NCBI RefSeq assembly: GCF_030684315.1
Contig: NC_081384.1
Coordinates: 18,700,818 to 18,764,817, forward strand
DNA length: 64,000 bases
From: Stegostoma tigrinum
Taxonomy: Eukaryota
Direction: 5' to 3'
Part shown: one piece after another, positions 50,887 through 64,000 of the stretch
Position numbering within the stretch: the stretch's first letter is position 1
Layout: each line of letters starts with the position of its first letter
Notes under the pieces: model-generated
The model's input: only the letters and a program-made list of their open reading frames with translations
What the model was told of the DNA's origin: nothing
Database searches by the model: none
Translations under genes and position numbers: made by a program

Positions 50887-52480
50887 TGATAATGGGAACT
50901 GCAGATGCTGGATAATCCAAGATAATAAAATGTGAGGCTGGATGAACACAGCAGGGCCAGCAGCATCTCAGGAGCACAAAAGCTGACGTTTCAGGCCTAG
51001 ACCCTTCATCAGAGAGGGGGATGGTTTGAGGATTCTGGAATAAATAGGGAGAGAGGGGGAGGCAGACCGAAGATGGAGAGAAAAGAAGATAGGTGGAGAG
51101 GAGAGTATAGGTGGGGTGGGAGGGAGGGGATAGGTCAGTCCAGGGAAGACAGACAGGTCAAGGAGGTGGGATGAGGTCAGTAGGTAGGAGATGGAGGTGC
51201 GGCTTGGGGTGGGAGGAAGGGACGGGTGAGAGGAAGAACAGGTTAGGGAGGCAGAGACAGGTTGGACTGGTTATGGGATGCAGTGGGTGGAGGGGAAGAG
51301 GGTGGTTGTGTGGTGCAGTGGGGGGAGGGGACGAACTGGGCTGGTTTTGGGATGCGGTGGGGGAAGTGGAGATTTTGAAGCTGGTGAAGTCCACATTGAT
51401 ACCATTGGGCTGCAGAGTTCCCAAGCGGAATATGAGTTGCTGTTCCTGCAACCTTCGGGTGGCATCATTGTGGCACTGCGCGAGGCCCATGATGGACATG
51501 TCATCTAAAGAATGGGAGCGTGAGTGGAAATGGTTTGCGACTGGGAGGTGCAGTTGTTTATTGCGAACCGAGCAGAGGTGTTCTGCAAAGCGGTCCCCAA
51601 GCCTCCGCTTGGTTTCCCCAATGTAGAGGAAGCCACACAGGGTACAGTGGATGCAGTATACCACATTGGCAGATGTGCAGGTGAACCTCTGCTTAATGTG
51701 GAAAATCATCTTGGGGCCTGGGATAGGGATGAGGGAGGAGGTGTGGGGGCAAGTGTCGCATTTCCTGCAGTTGCAGGGGAAGGTGCTGGGTGTGGTGGGG
51801 TTGGAGGGCAGTGTGGAGCGAACAAGGGAGTCACGGAGAGAGTGGTCTCTCCGGAAAGCAGACAGGGGTGGGGATGGAAAAATGTCTTGGGTGGTGGGGT
51901 CGGATTGTAGATGGCGGAAGTGTCGGAGGATGATGCGTTGTATCTGGAGGTTGGTGGGGTGGTGTATGAGAACGAGGGGGATCCTCTTTGGGCAGTTGTG
52001 GCGGGGGCGGGGTGTGAGGGATGTGTTGTGGGAAATGTGGGAGACACGGTCAAGGGCGTTCTCGACCACTGTGGGGGGAATGTTGCGGTCCTTGAAGAAC
52101 TCGGATATCTGGGATGTGCGGGAGTGGAATGCCTCATCGTGGGAGCAGATGTGGCGGAGGCGGAGGAATTGGGAATAGGGGATGGAATTTTTGCAGGACG
52201 GTGGGTGGGAGGAGGTGTATTCTAGGTAGCTGTGGGAGTTGATGGGCTTGAAATGGACATCATTTACAAGCTGGTTGCCTGAGATGGAGACTGAGAGATC
52301 TAGGAAGGTGAGGGATGTGCTGGAGATGGCCCAGGTGAACTGAAGGTTGGGGTGGAAGGTGTTGGTGAAGTGGATGAACTGTTTGAGCTCCTCTGGGGAG
52401 CAAGAGGTGGTGCCGATATAGTCATCAATGTAACGGAGGAAGTGGTGGGGTTTGGGGCCTGTGTAGGTGCGGAAGAGGGA
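50887..52480 (-). mobile_element. 5'-truncated Penelope-like retroelement (RT C-terminal half + GIY-YIG endonuclease), young
   Basis: Frame is open from 52480 to 51158: LRYIDD RT motif, FLDL, and GIY-YIG NVVYCIHCTLCGFLYIGETKRRLGDRFAEH. 9-bp TSD aaagaacag at 50878-50886 and 52481-52489. The empty site is in copy A at ~28005. Confidence 0.93.
50983..51014 (-). ncRNA. Minimal hammerhead ribozyme motif in the 3' terminal region of the young Penelope element
   Basis: Minus strand reads CT-CTGATGA-A-GGGTCTAGGCCT-GAAAC-GTC-AG, with palindromic AC/GT stem III as described for PLE hammerheads. Confidence 0.65.
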
Positions 52481-53111
52481 AAAGAACAGGATCTTTTTCT
52501 AACCACGAAAGAACTTCACAGTGGAAACCTGCCTGACTTGATTTTATAGAATTGTAACTGCAAAGAGAAACCTAGTGGTAATGCTGCAGTGGAAACCCAG
52601 AAGATTAAACACAGACCTGTGCAGACTATGGGAGTCTCTGCAAGATGGGAGATGCAAAGTTCATAGTAAAACATCATTTACTCTTGGTACAGAACCCCAG
52701 AACCAATTTTAGTAAACAGAGATTGAAATAAGGAGCTGTGAAATTAGCAGTGACTTGGGTACTGGTATGTACACATTAATCCCTTTAGATGATGTACCAT
52801 TGCTGAGGTCCTGAATTCTCAGGCCATCCTTTGGGTCTTATTAAGTAGAGGAATAAGCATAAAAGGTTGTGGCGTGCTAGATTTTACTATAAACGTAAAG
52901 AGATTATGGAGATGTTGCACATAATTCATGATCCCTATAATTCTTCATTAAATGTAACTTTTTATCTAACTGTAGGCATCCTTCAGGTAGTGGACAATGT
53001 AGACACGTCAGTCTTTCTATTGAGACCACACTCAATCGTTTTCAACCCGAAGTCCACCCGTTTTCTCTCTTCTCAGAATTGTTAATTCTGATTACTGGCC
53101 ACCTAATCAGA

Positions 53112-53445
53112 GAGCTGATGGCCTAGTAGTCTTATTGCTGGACTATTAATCCAGAGCTTCAGGGCAATTGCTTGGAGATCCAGGGTCAAATCCTGCCTTG
53201 TCAGATGGTGACATTTGAAATTCAATTTTAAAATATCTTGAATTAAGATTCTGATGATAATCGTAAAACCATTGTCAATTGGCAGGACTAACCCATTGGG
53301 CCCTTTGGGGAAGGAAATTGCCTTCCTTACCTGCTCTGGCCTACATGTGACTCCAGACCCACAGCAAAGTGGTTGACCCTTAAGTGCCCTCTGGGCAATA
53401 AATGTTGTCCTGGCCAGTGACACTCATATTCAATGAATGAATAAG
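53112..53445 (+). mobile_element. SacSINE1-like DeuSINE (head replaced in the copy A paralogue, ~28710-28955)
   Basis: gagctgatggcctagtag...gggtcaaatcc head; ggaaggaaattgccttccttacctgctctggcctacatgtgactccagacccacagca core; tail gggcaataaatg...atgaatga. Confidence 0.75.
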
Positions 53446-53891
53446 GCCTGAGGCCTCAATCCCAACCCCAAAGACTGGACTTCCCTGTTTCAGAGGGGGT
53501 TAGATTCAGTTCTACAGTAAGTAATGAATGCAACAACTGAAGGGTAAAGACAGCTGAGACAGAAATGTATTGGCCACTTCTCACATTGTTGAGACCCATA
53601 TTTGACATTACCGATTAAAACCAGTTGAGTTCTGATCATATTTGCTCGCGTGTTACAGCCAGCTTTATCTTACATATATTTATCAATCAAAGTTGTTAAA
53701 ACTATTGAGGAACAATTCAACCTGCCAAATTGTTTTAAGCATCAATTATGTAATGTTTTTGAATGTTGAAATGTCATAGTTCAGCCACAATTGTGGCACA
53801 AACTTACTTTTGTTAAAGCTCTGTACTCTGTGTCATGAACTCGCATGTGCTTGAGCATATGGAAGATGAGAATCAAAGTTAAATGACATAC

Positions 53892-54060
53892 CTTGCTTGA
53901 GGATTTTGCTCCTGGCACCTCTGTTCAGTACCAAATGTTGAGGAGGTTTTCTGACATCAGCAGCAAAAGGGTTTGCACTTGCACTGAGAAACAAATAGAC
54001 TGAAATAACCAGAAGAAAAAGAAAGATGAGGAACAGAAAGCAGCACGCTCATGAAACCAA
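53892..54060 (-). pseudogene. RETSAT: Duplicated, disabled copy of RETSAT-like exon 1
   Basis: Near-identical to 29404-29575 over its 3' part, with the G|gtatgt donor intact. The start ATG is now TTG and small deletions near the 5' end give TTG GTT TCA TGA (stop) in the RETSAT frame. No exon 2 copy lies downstream of it within the duplicate. Confidence 0.88.
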
Positions 54061-57000
54061 ATACTCACGACAGAGCAGCACGGAGTCAAAGTCAAACAAA
54101 AATCATGAGTAAGGGCCAGACAAAAGGAGATAAGAACAGAGAGTAAAAGCAGAGTCTCACACACCCTTCTTTTACAATCTGCAAATGAGAATCCTAAACA
54201 AACAAAACTTTTTAGATCATTTTAATGTTATTCCTTCTTTGCCGAAGGCTATAACATCGCCGCACGGCTTGAAAGCAACTGGTGATTTCTGGAGAAAATT
54301 GTTTGTATTATTGTCAACAATTCGAATGAACCAGGACTCAAATGCTGCCACTTTTTTTTATGCAGGAGTTGTTGGTAATGATTCTGCTGCTTATTCCACA
54401 GCCTTTATATTCATTTTTTGTTTTTTTACCATCCCTCAACTGTCATACAATCTCTCTTGCCTTCCATCTGCAGACCTTCCCGAGTGTTCTTTTCTTGTTG
54501 TCCACTTTCAGTGCCTTTGTACTTACTTAGAAACAGGTCTATCTTCAACTTTTCTTACGCCCAGTGAAAGGCCAATGTCCTTTACAACCCCACAGACCTT
54601 GCCGAGTCTGCTGAGTGTTTCAGCATCTCCCACTTTAATTTCATTGAGATATGTGACTCCAGTTCCGTAATCATTGTAATGGAGTGTGACTTGATGGTCC
54701 AGCTGTTCATTGCATCTCCCTTCTGGAGTCCTTCAATATCACTGGTGCTGGGGCTAACTGTGAAAAGCTGATCTGCAAAGACAACATTGAACTGCACTTT
54801 CCAGGTGGAGGATTCAGTTTTAATTTGTTTTGTATTGCCATTAAAGGGATAGTAACAGTCTCAAACTGAGGCCAGGAATTAGTTTTACTGCCCCTTTAAC
54901 TTTGGCAGCCAAACCCATTGTGTTAAGAGCCTGCTGATGTGACAGCTGTGATCTGCTGCTACAATATGATGCAATGTAGTATTCTTGATCTGGAAGTAAT
55001 TGTTTTTGTCCTTATTAATATATCTCTTTAGCTCTTGCAATCAGTCGTCAGCACAGAGGTGGGCTTTTTATCCGTTTACAGAGGGTATTTGTACCTAATA
55101 AAGTGATGTCTGTGTTAGGCCTCATGACATAGAGCCTAAGTCTTCTTCCCAGGGTGGGGAGAGTTCCAAACCGAGAGGGCATGGGGTTAAGGTGAACGAG
55201 CAACGGTTTAAAAAGGACCTGAGGGCTATCTTTTTCATGCTGAGTGTGGAGTGTCGATGAAACAAGCTGCCAGAGGAAGTGTTGGAGGTGGGTACAATTG
55301 CAACATTTAAAAGGCATCTGGAAGTGTATATGAATTGTAAGGATTTAGAAGGATTATAGGCCAAATACTGCCAAATGGGATGAGGTGAGATTGGGATGTC
55401 TGGTTGATGCAGATGTCTTCGACTGAAGCATGTGGCTCCGTATCATTTGTCTCTATGACTCGAATGAAATAGCTTCAACCTAGGACTGAAGGATTCAGTG
55501 GATTTTTATTGCAAAACCTGGTATCTACTGCGTCCAGGGTCAAGTTGAGGAATCCAAATGTAAATTGTTGCACAGACCCCTCAGTGTGTCATGCTGCAAG
55601 AGCACTCAGTGAGACGGAGGCTGAGGCCTTTATACCATCAGGTAACATCTTGTGATATAGTGATGATATCATGACCATGTACGTTAAAGGTATTTTGCAT
55701 ACAAGTTGAGACAGAACACAATATTGCCTTTGGCTACCCGAAATTCCAACTTGTTTAAGGAAATTGGGTCTTTTAACGTGGAACTCATGCTCAACTATGT
55801 AAAGAGGGCTCTGATTGTGCTCCTTGGTGCTCGGGTGGCTCAGCCACACCCCCTCACACCCTGCTTCCTGTCACAATTCAATTCCATTCTGCCAGTTTCT
55901 CCAACTGCATCACTTCTGCTCTGATTATACCACATTCCACTGAGCAGCCCTTGACAATGTTTTTCCGCAATCAAGGATTTACTCCATTGTGATTGACAGG
56001 GCTTTCAGATGGATCTGACTTATCTCCCCCATTTCTGCCCCACATTCCTTCCTCTTCCTTTCAAACTGATACTAAATTTAATGCAGAGAAATATGAAGTG
56101 CTAGATTTTAGCTGGAGGAATGAGAAAAGGTGAAATACAGCACTGAAAACCAACAACAGCTCAGCTACGTCCCTGTCTGGGAAGGCTCGTTTCACCTCTT
56201 TTGGAACTCTCCACTATCCTAGATGTCAGTCTATGCCGGAGGCAATGAATGCTATAAAGGGCTGTGAGCTCCAGCATAATTGCTAAAACAAGGAAGACTT
56301 GTGCGCCAGTACTCCAGATGCACCCCTGGACAACTTATTCCAGTTCAGCTACAACACTGGCGTCTACCCAACATCATGGAGAATTGTCCTGGTACTTCCT
56401 GTACAGAAAAAAAGTGAGACAAATACAACCTGATTAATTGCTGCCTCACACCCTTCTGGTCTTATGCATCATTAAAGTGGTGGAAGGGATCAACAAGAAC
56501 TTTAAGGCAGCTCTTTCTTAGCAATGACCTGCTTCGTGACACTCCCTTTAGACTCTTTCACTCAGCTACGGACATTTTTTTTATAGAGTTGTTTCAAAGG
56601 AGTTGAACAAAAACGAAGTTGCTGGAAAAGCCCAGCAGGTCTGGCAGTATCAGTGAAGCAAGAAACAGAATTAACATTTCGGGTCCGATGACCCTTCCTC
56701 AGAAAGGAGTTGAACCTCCAGGGGTGATGTGGATGTGACTGCCCTTCACATCATGCCACTTTTAACCAAGTGTGGCATCAAGGGACCTACCAAATTGACA
56801 ATCAATAGGATTCAGAGCTCTGCTGCCATGAAATTGTGAGAACTAAATCCCAACCAATTGTTCAGAGGTGCTGGGCTTCGTCGGGTGCACCGAGGGTCAT
56901 GGTGTACGTGTGTGTATTTTTCGCTGATTTGTGGATGCGCAGCTCAAAGGTTATGCTGGTGTTCAGGACCCAATCCAGTCCACAGCATCTCGCCCCCATG

Positions 57001-60000
57001 CCAGCAAACTCACCACATGCTGAGCAGAAGATTTAGCTCTTGACTTTCTCAACAGAAGCATTAGGTGTCCATTGGTCAGCTTCCTGAGCAGATGTGGGGA
57101 TAACAATGTACGACTATCCCACACCTGATAAATGGAATGTTAGCAACCTGCCAACTGATACGACAGCTCATGTTGTGGTTCCATGGTCAGTATACTATGG
57201 GAGCACGCAGGAAAACAAGGGCACCGTAAGGTCGGCACCAAGTGAAAGCGCAACATTAAGTAATTTGTCTTTGCTTACACAATTGGATGTGTTCAATAAT
57301 GAATTAAGTGCAATTTCTTGCAGGATTCACACCATGAGGAGTACATGACATAACTTTACAAATAAATAGGTAAGTGACGTATATCAGAGCAGTAGTGTGA
57401 AAGGATGATGTTCAATAGAGCTCGAGTCTTCGCAAGCACTGACTCTCAATGTCTCTCTCTCCCCTCTTCTTTCTTTCCATGCAGGGCTCTCCTCATCACA
57501 GCCCCTGCTATATTTCTGAGTCTTACAGACCTCGATGCACGGCAACCGAAGGCCTGATACTTCCTGAGGCCTTTGTGCGCAGCAAGTGACCAAAACCTCT
57601 GTCCTCACTCAAGATGTCTTAACAGTTACAGCTGAGACCAAAAATACTCCAAAATACACCAAAACCACTCCATACAAACCGGAGTAGAAGTTAGTCTTTC
57701 ATGACCTAGGAACATAGGAACATAAATAGGCCATTCAAACCGAAACTTACCTGTGTCTGGGGGCTAGTTAATGGAGTGAGGATAGAGTTCTGCCCTCATG
57801 CAGTTGAAGCCATGTTCTGAAGCTGAACAATCGCTGAATGTAATGAAGGGACCTGTGTGTCCCCTGTTGGGACTACATGTCAAATTAAGCAGGCCAGATA
57901 GAACATAGAACAGTACAGCACAGGAACAGGTCTTTCGGCCCATGACGTTGTGTTGAGCATGATGCCAAATGAAACTAATCCCCTCTGCCTGTCCTTGGTC
58001 ACTATCCCTCCGCTCATGTGCTCATACCAAAGTCTCTTAAATGCCCCTATTGTATCTGAAAGCCTACGGGAACTGGTTTTCCCCGGCAGTCTCCCATCCA
58101 TGTCGTACCCAGGCCTGAGTCTGCTTCACCTCCCAGGTTCGATGAGATTGGACATTTTCGGACTAATTGGCATGGGCAGGTGGCTTTTCTCCCCGAAATC
58201 ATAGAATCTCTACAGTATGGAAGCTGGCCATTCAGCCCCTCTAATCCACACTGACCTTCTGAAGACCGTCCTACCCAGAACTAGCTACCCTACCTTCCTT
58301 CTACAATCCTGCATTTCCCCATGGCCAATTCAGCTACTTTGCACATCTTTGGACTTTGGGAGCAAACTGGAGCATCTGGAGGAAACCCGCACAGACACGG
58401 GGAGAATGGATAAACTCCACAAAAACAGTTGTCCGAGGGTGGAATCAAACCGGTGTCCCTGGCATGGTGTTTGATATTATAACACCCATGAAGCATTCAA
58501 CATGTTGCACTCAGCATGGAATATAGCACAAGTGACACTGGGAAGTATGAGGTATGGAGGTCCATTGATTCCTGTAGTATTGGCTCCACTGGCAAAACTG
58601 AATAGAATCTCTAACCCAATGTGTTTCTCAGAAGCAAAAATTCTTAAATCACACTATAAATAAATTGAAAGAAATCAGCAGAATGTTATAAATCAATGCT
58701 GGAGAAATTATACATTTGAACAAAATGATTGGCATATTTAAATGATTTTTTTTAAACAAGCCATTTGCAGGAATGATTTCCACAGCAGTTGTGCTGGTAT
58801 TTCAATAGCGCAATTAATAAGACAAAATACATGGAATTCAGAAGGTTTTTCTCCACACAGAGACTGGTAAGAGTGAAACTTGCACCACTGCTGGGAATGG
58901 CTGATCCAATACACATGTACTTAAGAGAAACAAAGATACATATCTGAGTGAGATGGGAATAAAATGTTACACTGGTGAATTTAATGAGAAAATACATTTG
59001 AATATACAGCACAGAAACTGGCCTATGGAACCCAATCTAATCTTCTCTTTCATTGTTAGATGATCCCTGAAATTTTGTTTGATCCTTCAAATAAATCAAA
59101 TATCAACAACTGTGTTTCAGTATTGAGAAGTCCTGACAGACAGATTACTTCACATTTGATTACCTCAGTTCATGGTGTGATTTATGCATTGACAACTCCC
59201 ATGCATTCAACTCATTGTTAACTGTTACCTATTTGCCAGCCAGCAAAAGCCAAATAAACTTATATACTGTATATTGCAAGAAATATCAATAATTGTCAGA
59301 TTTATAACTTCAAATCTTCATTGGCTTTTTAACACGTGCTTTTTCTGTACTTCTCTTATTTTGTAGAGATTTACGAAGTAAAAGACAAGTGAATCTTAAT
59401 TTTCTATGCCATGATACACTCCAGATATCTGACTGGGTTCTTTAAATATCTATTGTCTTCGAATAATTTCACTGTCATTTCTTATTCCAAGTTATGACGG
59501 TTAGGTTTGATTCAGTTGGTAACACATTTGTCTCTGAGTTGAAATCTCATGGTGTCAAATGTCAATCATCAGAGTTTTGAGCACACGATCAAGGCAAGAT
59601 TCATGGATGGTGCACTGGTGGAACTGGAGGAGGTATAAATAAATCTTTATACCAAGGTACATGCACTCCTCATGTGTAACATTATTGAAAGAACCCAAGC
59701 TCTCTCAGATTGCTAACCAGCATTATTTTCTCAGGAAACATTGCTGGATTCATTGTTGGCTGAAGCCTATGCAATGCAAATTAGCTACTACGTTTAACTA
59801 ATTAAATATAGAACATACTAAACTCAGTCTGCAGGCTTTGATGATAAAACATAACACTGAATTAAACTCTGGGCTCCTTTTCCATCATAACTGGATGGTG
59901 GGTGCTAATTGCAGGTTTTATTCTCCACTAGATATTAAATTATTTGCCCTAATTTGTACATGCATGGTCTAGAGTGAAGGTGCTGCAATATGAAATCACC

Positions 60001-63000
60001 AGGAAACATTCTAATCAGCGACTGGCTGTTTCAAAGGTCGCTGTAGCATTTTGCATTCACAGAAATTTGCATGAGTATATCACAGGCTGGAATAAAACTT
60101 ATCAAGTGCTCCCAAGTTTGGTTGAAAGCCAGTGTTGTTTCTCCCAGCTCAACAGGCATGTGCCATCGTAGGCATCAGCATGAGGATTTGTGAAAGCAGA
60201 ACGTTCAGCTTGGCCCCAATGTTGGATAATGCCTGAACTGAGAAGCAATCCTGATGCACCACCCACTACTGTTTGGTTCTCTTCTTGGCTGCCCTCTGTT
60301 GGAGGTTGATGTCTACTCAAGGTTGAATGTTTCAGCCATGGGTCTTCATGCAACTGAACATACTAATTTTTGACCTTCAGATCATTGCGTACTTGATGCA
60401 TGATGTTCTTCCATCAACTTTGGCCAGAATGGGGATGGGGCTTGTTGATGGCGTGGGACAGGGAGGGGAATGGGGCACATTGAGAAAAACAGCTTTCTCT
60501 ATCATTGTCACTCAGCTGTTTGGGGGAATATAAGCAAACTGGTTCTTGCATTTCTCTCATTATGACAGCGACTACATTTCAAAACTCCTTCTTTGGGTGT
60601 AAAGTGCTTTGGGATACCTGAGCTTGGGAAATGAGCCATTTAAAAGCACGTCCTTCTTGAGTCTGAAAGTGACAAGGATTTTGCTGCGATTAAAGAGATT
60701 TATATCAGAGCATAAGAACCAGGAGCAGGAGTGGGCAACTCACACCCTCAAGCATACTCCTCCATTCAATATGATCAAGGCTGAATTCACCTCGGCCTCA
60801 ACTCCACTTCCCTGCCTGGTCGCCAGATTTCTTCAAACTGGCGCTAATTAAATTTATCTATTTCCTCCTTATATTTACTCAATGTCCTTGCATCCACCAT
60901 ACTCTCTCGGGTACTGAATTCCATAGATTCACAAACCTTTGAGAGAAGCAATTCTTCCACATCTCTGTTTTAAATCTGCTACCCGTTATCCTAAAACAAT
61001 GAACTATTTGTTGTCAATGAATGGCCAAAAATATCATTTCTACTTAATAGTTAAACCCTAATAGTTTGCCGTATTCTGGTATTTTTGATTGAAACAGGTC
61101 AGGTCTGTTGTTGCTTATGGTAACTGACAGAGTGTATTTGCACAGCGAACATCAGGTGCTGCTACTTTGCATCATCAGCTCAAAATGACAGAATTTTCTA
61201 TCTAATTGGCATTTATCCACTAGCCAGCATGAAGATTTCCATATCAACTTGTTCAAAAATACGAGTATATGCTTCTGAAGCAGGTGGGATTTGAACTCCT
61301 GGCCCAGAGGTAGGGCTACTACCTGAATCCAGCTGCAATCAGAGACACTTTACAATTATTTTCTAACCTATCTAATCAGTGATGCTATTGCATCTGGAGA
61401 TGATGTGATTTGAACCCTGGATTTCTCATCCAGAAAAGAAGGCGTGTCACTGAACTTGAAACGTGAACTCTGTTTTCTCTCCACAGGTGCCGCCAGACCT
61501 TCAGAGTTTCTGTTACTGAATTAAAATTGCAAGTTGCTTTACAATCAATTGTCATGAATTTATAATTGATGTACTTACATGTAAAATACATTTGGCCTCT
61601 TATAGGAAACATCTTATTAAATTGGAGAGGTTTGAGAAAAAAATTTACCAAGATCTTGTCAGCACTAGAGGTTTTGATTTCCAGAGAGAGGCAACTGAAT
61701 AAGTTGGGATGTTTTTCACTGGAAAAAATGATGTTGGTACCATATAAAGGTTCATAAACTCATGAAGGGCCTGGATATGGTGAATAGGCAAGGTTTTTTC
61801 CCTTTGGTGGTGATGGCGGGGAGGGAGCTGAGGTAGGTTGGTGGATCGGCAAAATGCGTGAGGAGAAGGATTGCAAAGGGACATTGAGAGGTAGCTTCTT
61901 CAAACAGAAGGTGGTTCGTATGTGGAAAAGCAGAGGAAGTGGTCGATGCGGAGACAATTCCAACATTTAAAAGACATATGAACAGGGAAGGTTTAGAGGG
62001 ACATGAAGCAAACTCAGGTAAGTGGGACTAGTTTAGTTTGGTCAGCGTGGATCAGTTGGACTGAAGGGTCTGTTTCTGTGCTGAATGACTCGGTGACTCT
62101 ATAACTCCATTTGATTTAGACCCTTTCCCATTTCCCTGACTCTCCCTCAGCTTTGAGGCTTGCATTGCCCTTAACGGATTTTACCTGTAAATACATCAAT
62201 TAGAAATGCAGGTGATTTTCTGAATGTGGTTAATAGATGAAAAAAAAATCTGTGGGAATTTGGTGAGGGGAACAAAAACATTCAGTTGTTTGTAAGAGCT
62301 CTTCTGGATAAAGAAAAAAGAAAACTAAAGTGCATGGGGGGTGTTTGACACTTTTGTGGTAGTGTAGTGGCAGTGTCCCCAGTCTTTGAGCCATGAATGC
62401 CTCAGTTCAAATCCCACCCGATCTAGAGGCATATACTGAACAGGTTGAATAGGAAAATATGTAAAAATATGTTAGAAGCATATGACCATTAGAAATAAAC
62501 ACCATTTAACAGTACAAACTACTGTGACTCAATCTTACCAGAAGTTGATGAAGTGTCAGTTTTGTCAAGTTTCATAAGTTGGTATCTCACTGAGGAGGCT
62601 AGTGAATTTCACCAATGATTGTCCCAAACCTGCCTCAGTAGCCAACTACCATGGCCCCTCACTAGCACAATTCTCCAACTTACTCCTACCAAAGGTACCC
62701 ACAAGGTCTCTTCATACAGTCCGAGGAGAGAATTTTGGCCCTGGTAGGCACTGAGTCAGACCCCTTGTGAGAATAAATAAACCTCCACATTCTTTTGCCA
62801 ATCAAGCATTATTATGCTACCTTCCCATTTCCCGCACTGTGAATGTCCTCCCCTTGATTGGAACACTTTCTTTCTTTTGCCTTCTGTGGGTACAAGCAAC
62901 AAGTTGACAGCCTCTGTTCTCAACAGGGCAGCTGCTCAAGACATTCTGCCTTCCTCCTCGAATAAAGAGAGCACAGATGCCTCAGAAGAACAGCTGGCTG

Positions 63001-64000
63001 GGCTTCCTCTTCATTCACCCACCAGCACTGTTAAGAACATTTGAGAAACGTGGATATTCTGACAAGAGGAGGTTGTTATGTTGATACCTCGGTTTCTATT
63101 TTTGGCAAAACTACTCTGCAGTACTTCTGTTAAACTCCAGCCTGTCACTCTCTTTATTTGTTGTGCAAATACTCGCGTGATCAGTAATTCTTCTCAAGTC
63201 AATCCATGTCAATGACACCATCATATGTACAGGACTGGTTGTACACATGAGTAAAATTATTAGCATCCATTAACATACTTTCAGAAATGTATTTATTTTT
63301 AGGAAACTATTTTCTCTCAGCATGTGTGATTGGAAAGGGTTATCGGTACATTATGAGTTTGATTACAAATAAGTCAGAATTTTCTATTCCAGCTTGGACC
63401 ATTGGACCATTCCATCTTAGATCATCTCATGCAGCATTATTCATTTACAAAAGCAAGAAATAAACATTATTAGAAATTACCAATGTGACAAAGATTATAT
63501 GTTTGAACATAGGGCTTGCAGTTTGACAAACTAAATGTGAACAATTTCTGCTAGCACTAATTATGATAAAAATGTTACCATAAACCACAGGATTTACAGA
63601 TCAATATCTTAAATTTTCCTTGTTTACTTGAAACGTCAGCATTATTTGTCAACAAACTGTCATGCTTGTCCAATCAGGCTTGAACGTTCGAAACATGTTA
63701 AAAAAGGATATACAAATGATCAATTTTAATGAGACACATTAGAACAAATTGACAAAACAATTAAAGGCTATATATCTTCAAAGTGTTTCATCTGTGTTGC
63801 ATATTGCTTGTAACATCAAATCACAAAATCATCTCAGTTTCTCCACACAATGATATACAAATATATAGGTAACGTTCCCAACATTGTCAAAGTGGAGCAA
63901 TATTCTTGATCAGCATTTCCCTTTGAAAATATTCATGATATTCATTGCAGCAGTTTTTCAGTTATTGGGTGAGAGGAATATCCTCTGCTCATGGAAACAG

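Larger units (their letters stand above)
49460..64000 (+). repeat. Segmental tandem duplication, copy B (runs off the right edge)
   Basis: Offset to copy A is ~23.57 kb at the start and ~24.46-24.49 kb after a B-specific 1.6-kb insertion and a ~0.7-kb deletion. Confidence 0.97.

Noticed and set aside
51111-52225. Plus-strand ORFs of 104-175 aa
   Set aside because: Antisense shadows of the C-rich Penelope ORF.
53892-54060. A second functional RETSAT gene
   Set aside because: ATG lost, in-frame TGA, and no duplicated exon 2 before the copy B boundary at ~49460. Splicing to the real exon 2 at 24816 would need to skip ~29 kb and still lacks an in-frame start.
49460-64000. Copy B as a mis-assembled allelic haplotype
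   Set aside because: Judged unlikely given copy-specific TE insertion, a 695-bp indel, strongly diverged patches and a pseudogenised exon. Read depth is still needed for formal exclusion.

Overview
Vertebrate genomic DNA, almost certainly from a cartilaginous fish (shark), judged by HE1-type V-SINEs, SacSINE1-like DeuSINEs, HER1/CR1 LINEs and Penelope-like elements. Two minus-strand protein-coding genes are present. One is a RETSAT-like retinol saturase, with coding exons 1-7 at 29575->2219, all GT-AG and phase-consistent; its remaining exons lie beyond the left edge. The other is a single-coding-exon GT11 alpha-1,2-fucosyltransferase (FUT1/FUT2-like, 42511->41444). The right half is a ~23.6-24.5 kb tandem segmental duplication: ~25890-39539 is repeated at ~49460-64000. 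The duplication copied the RETSAT promoter, exon 1 and part of intron 1. The copied exon 1 has lost its ATG and frame but keeps its splice donor and promoter motifs, and it now lies upstream of the FUT coding exon on the same strand. A second FUT copy is predicted just past the right edge. Penelope-derived sequences carry minimal hammerhead-ribozyme motifs, including ~90-bp TSD-flanked insertions that begin at the ribozyme core and short fold-back elements. Percent identities and repeat boundaries were judged by eye.
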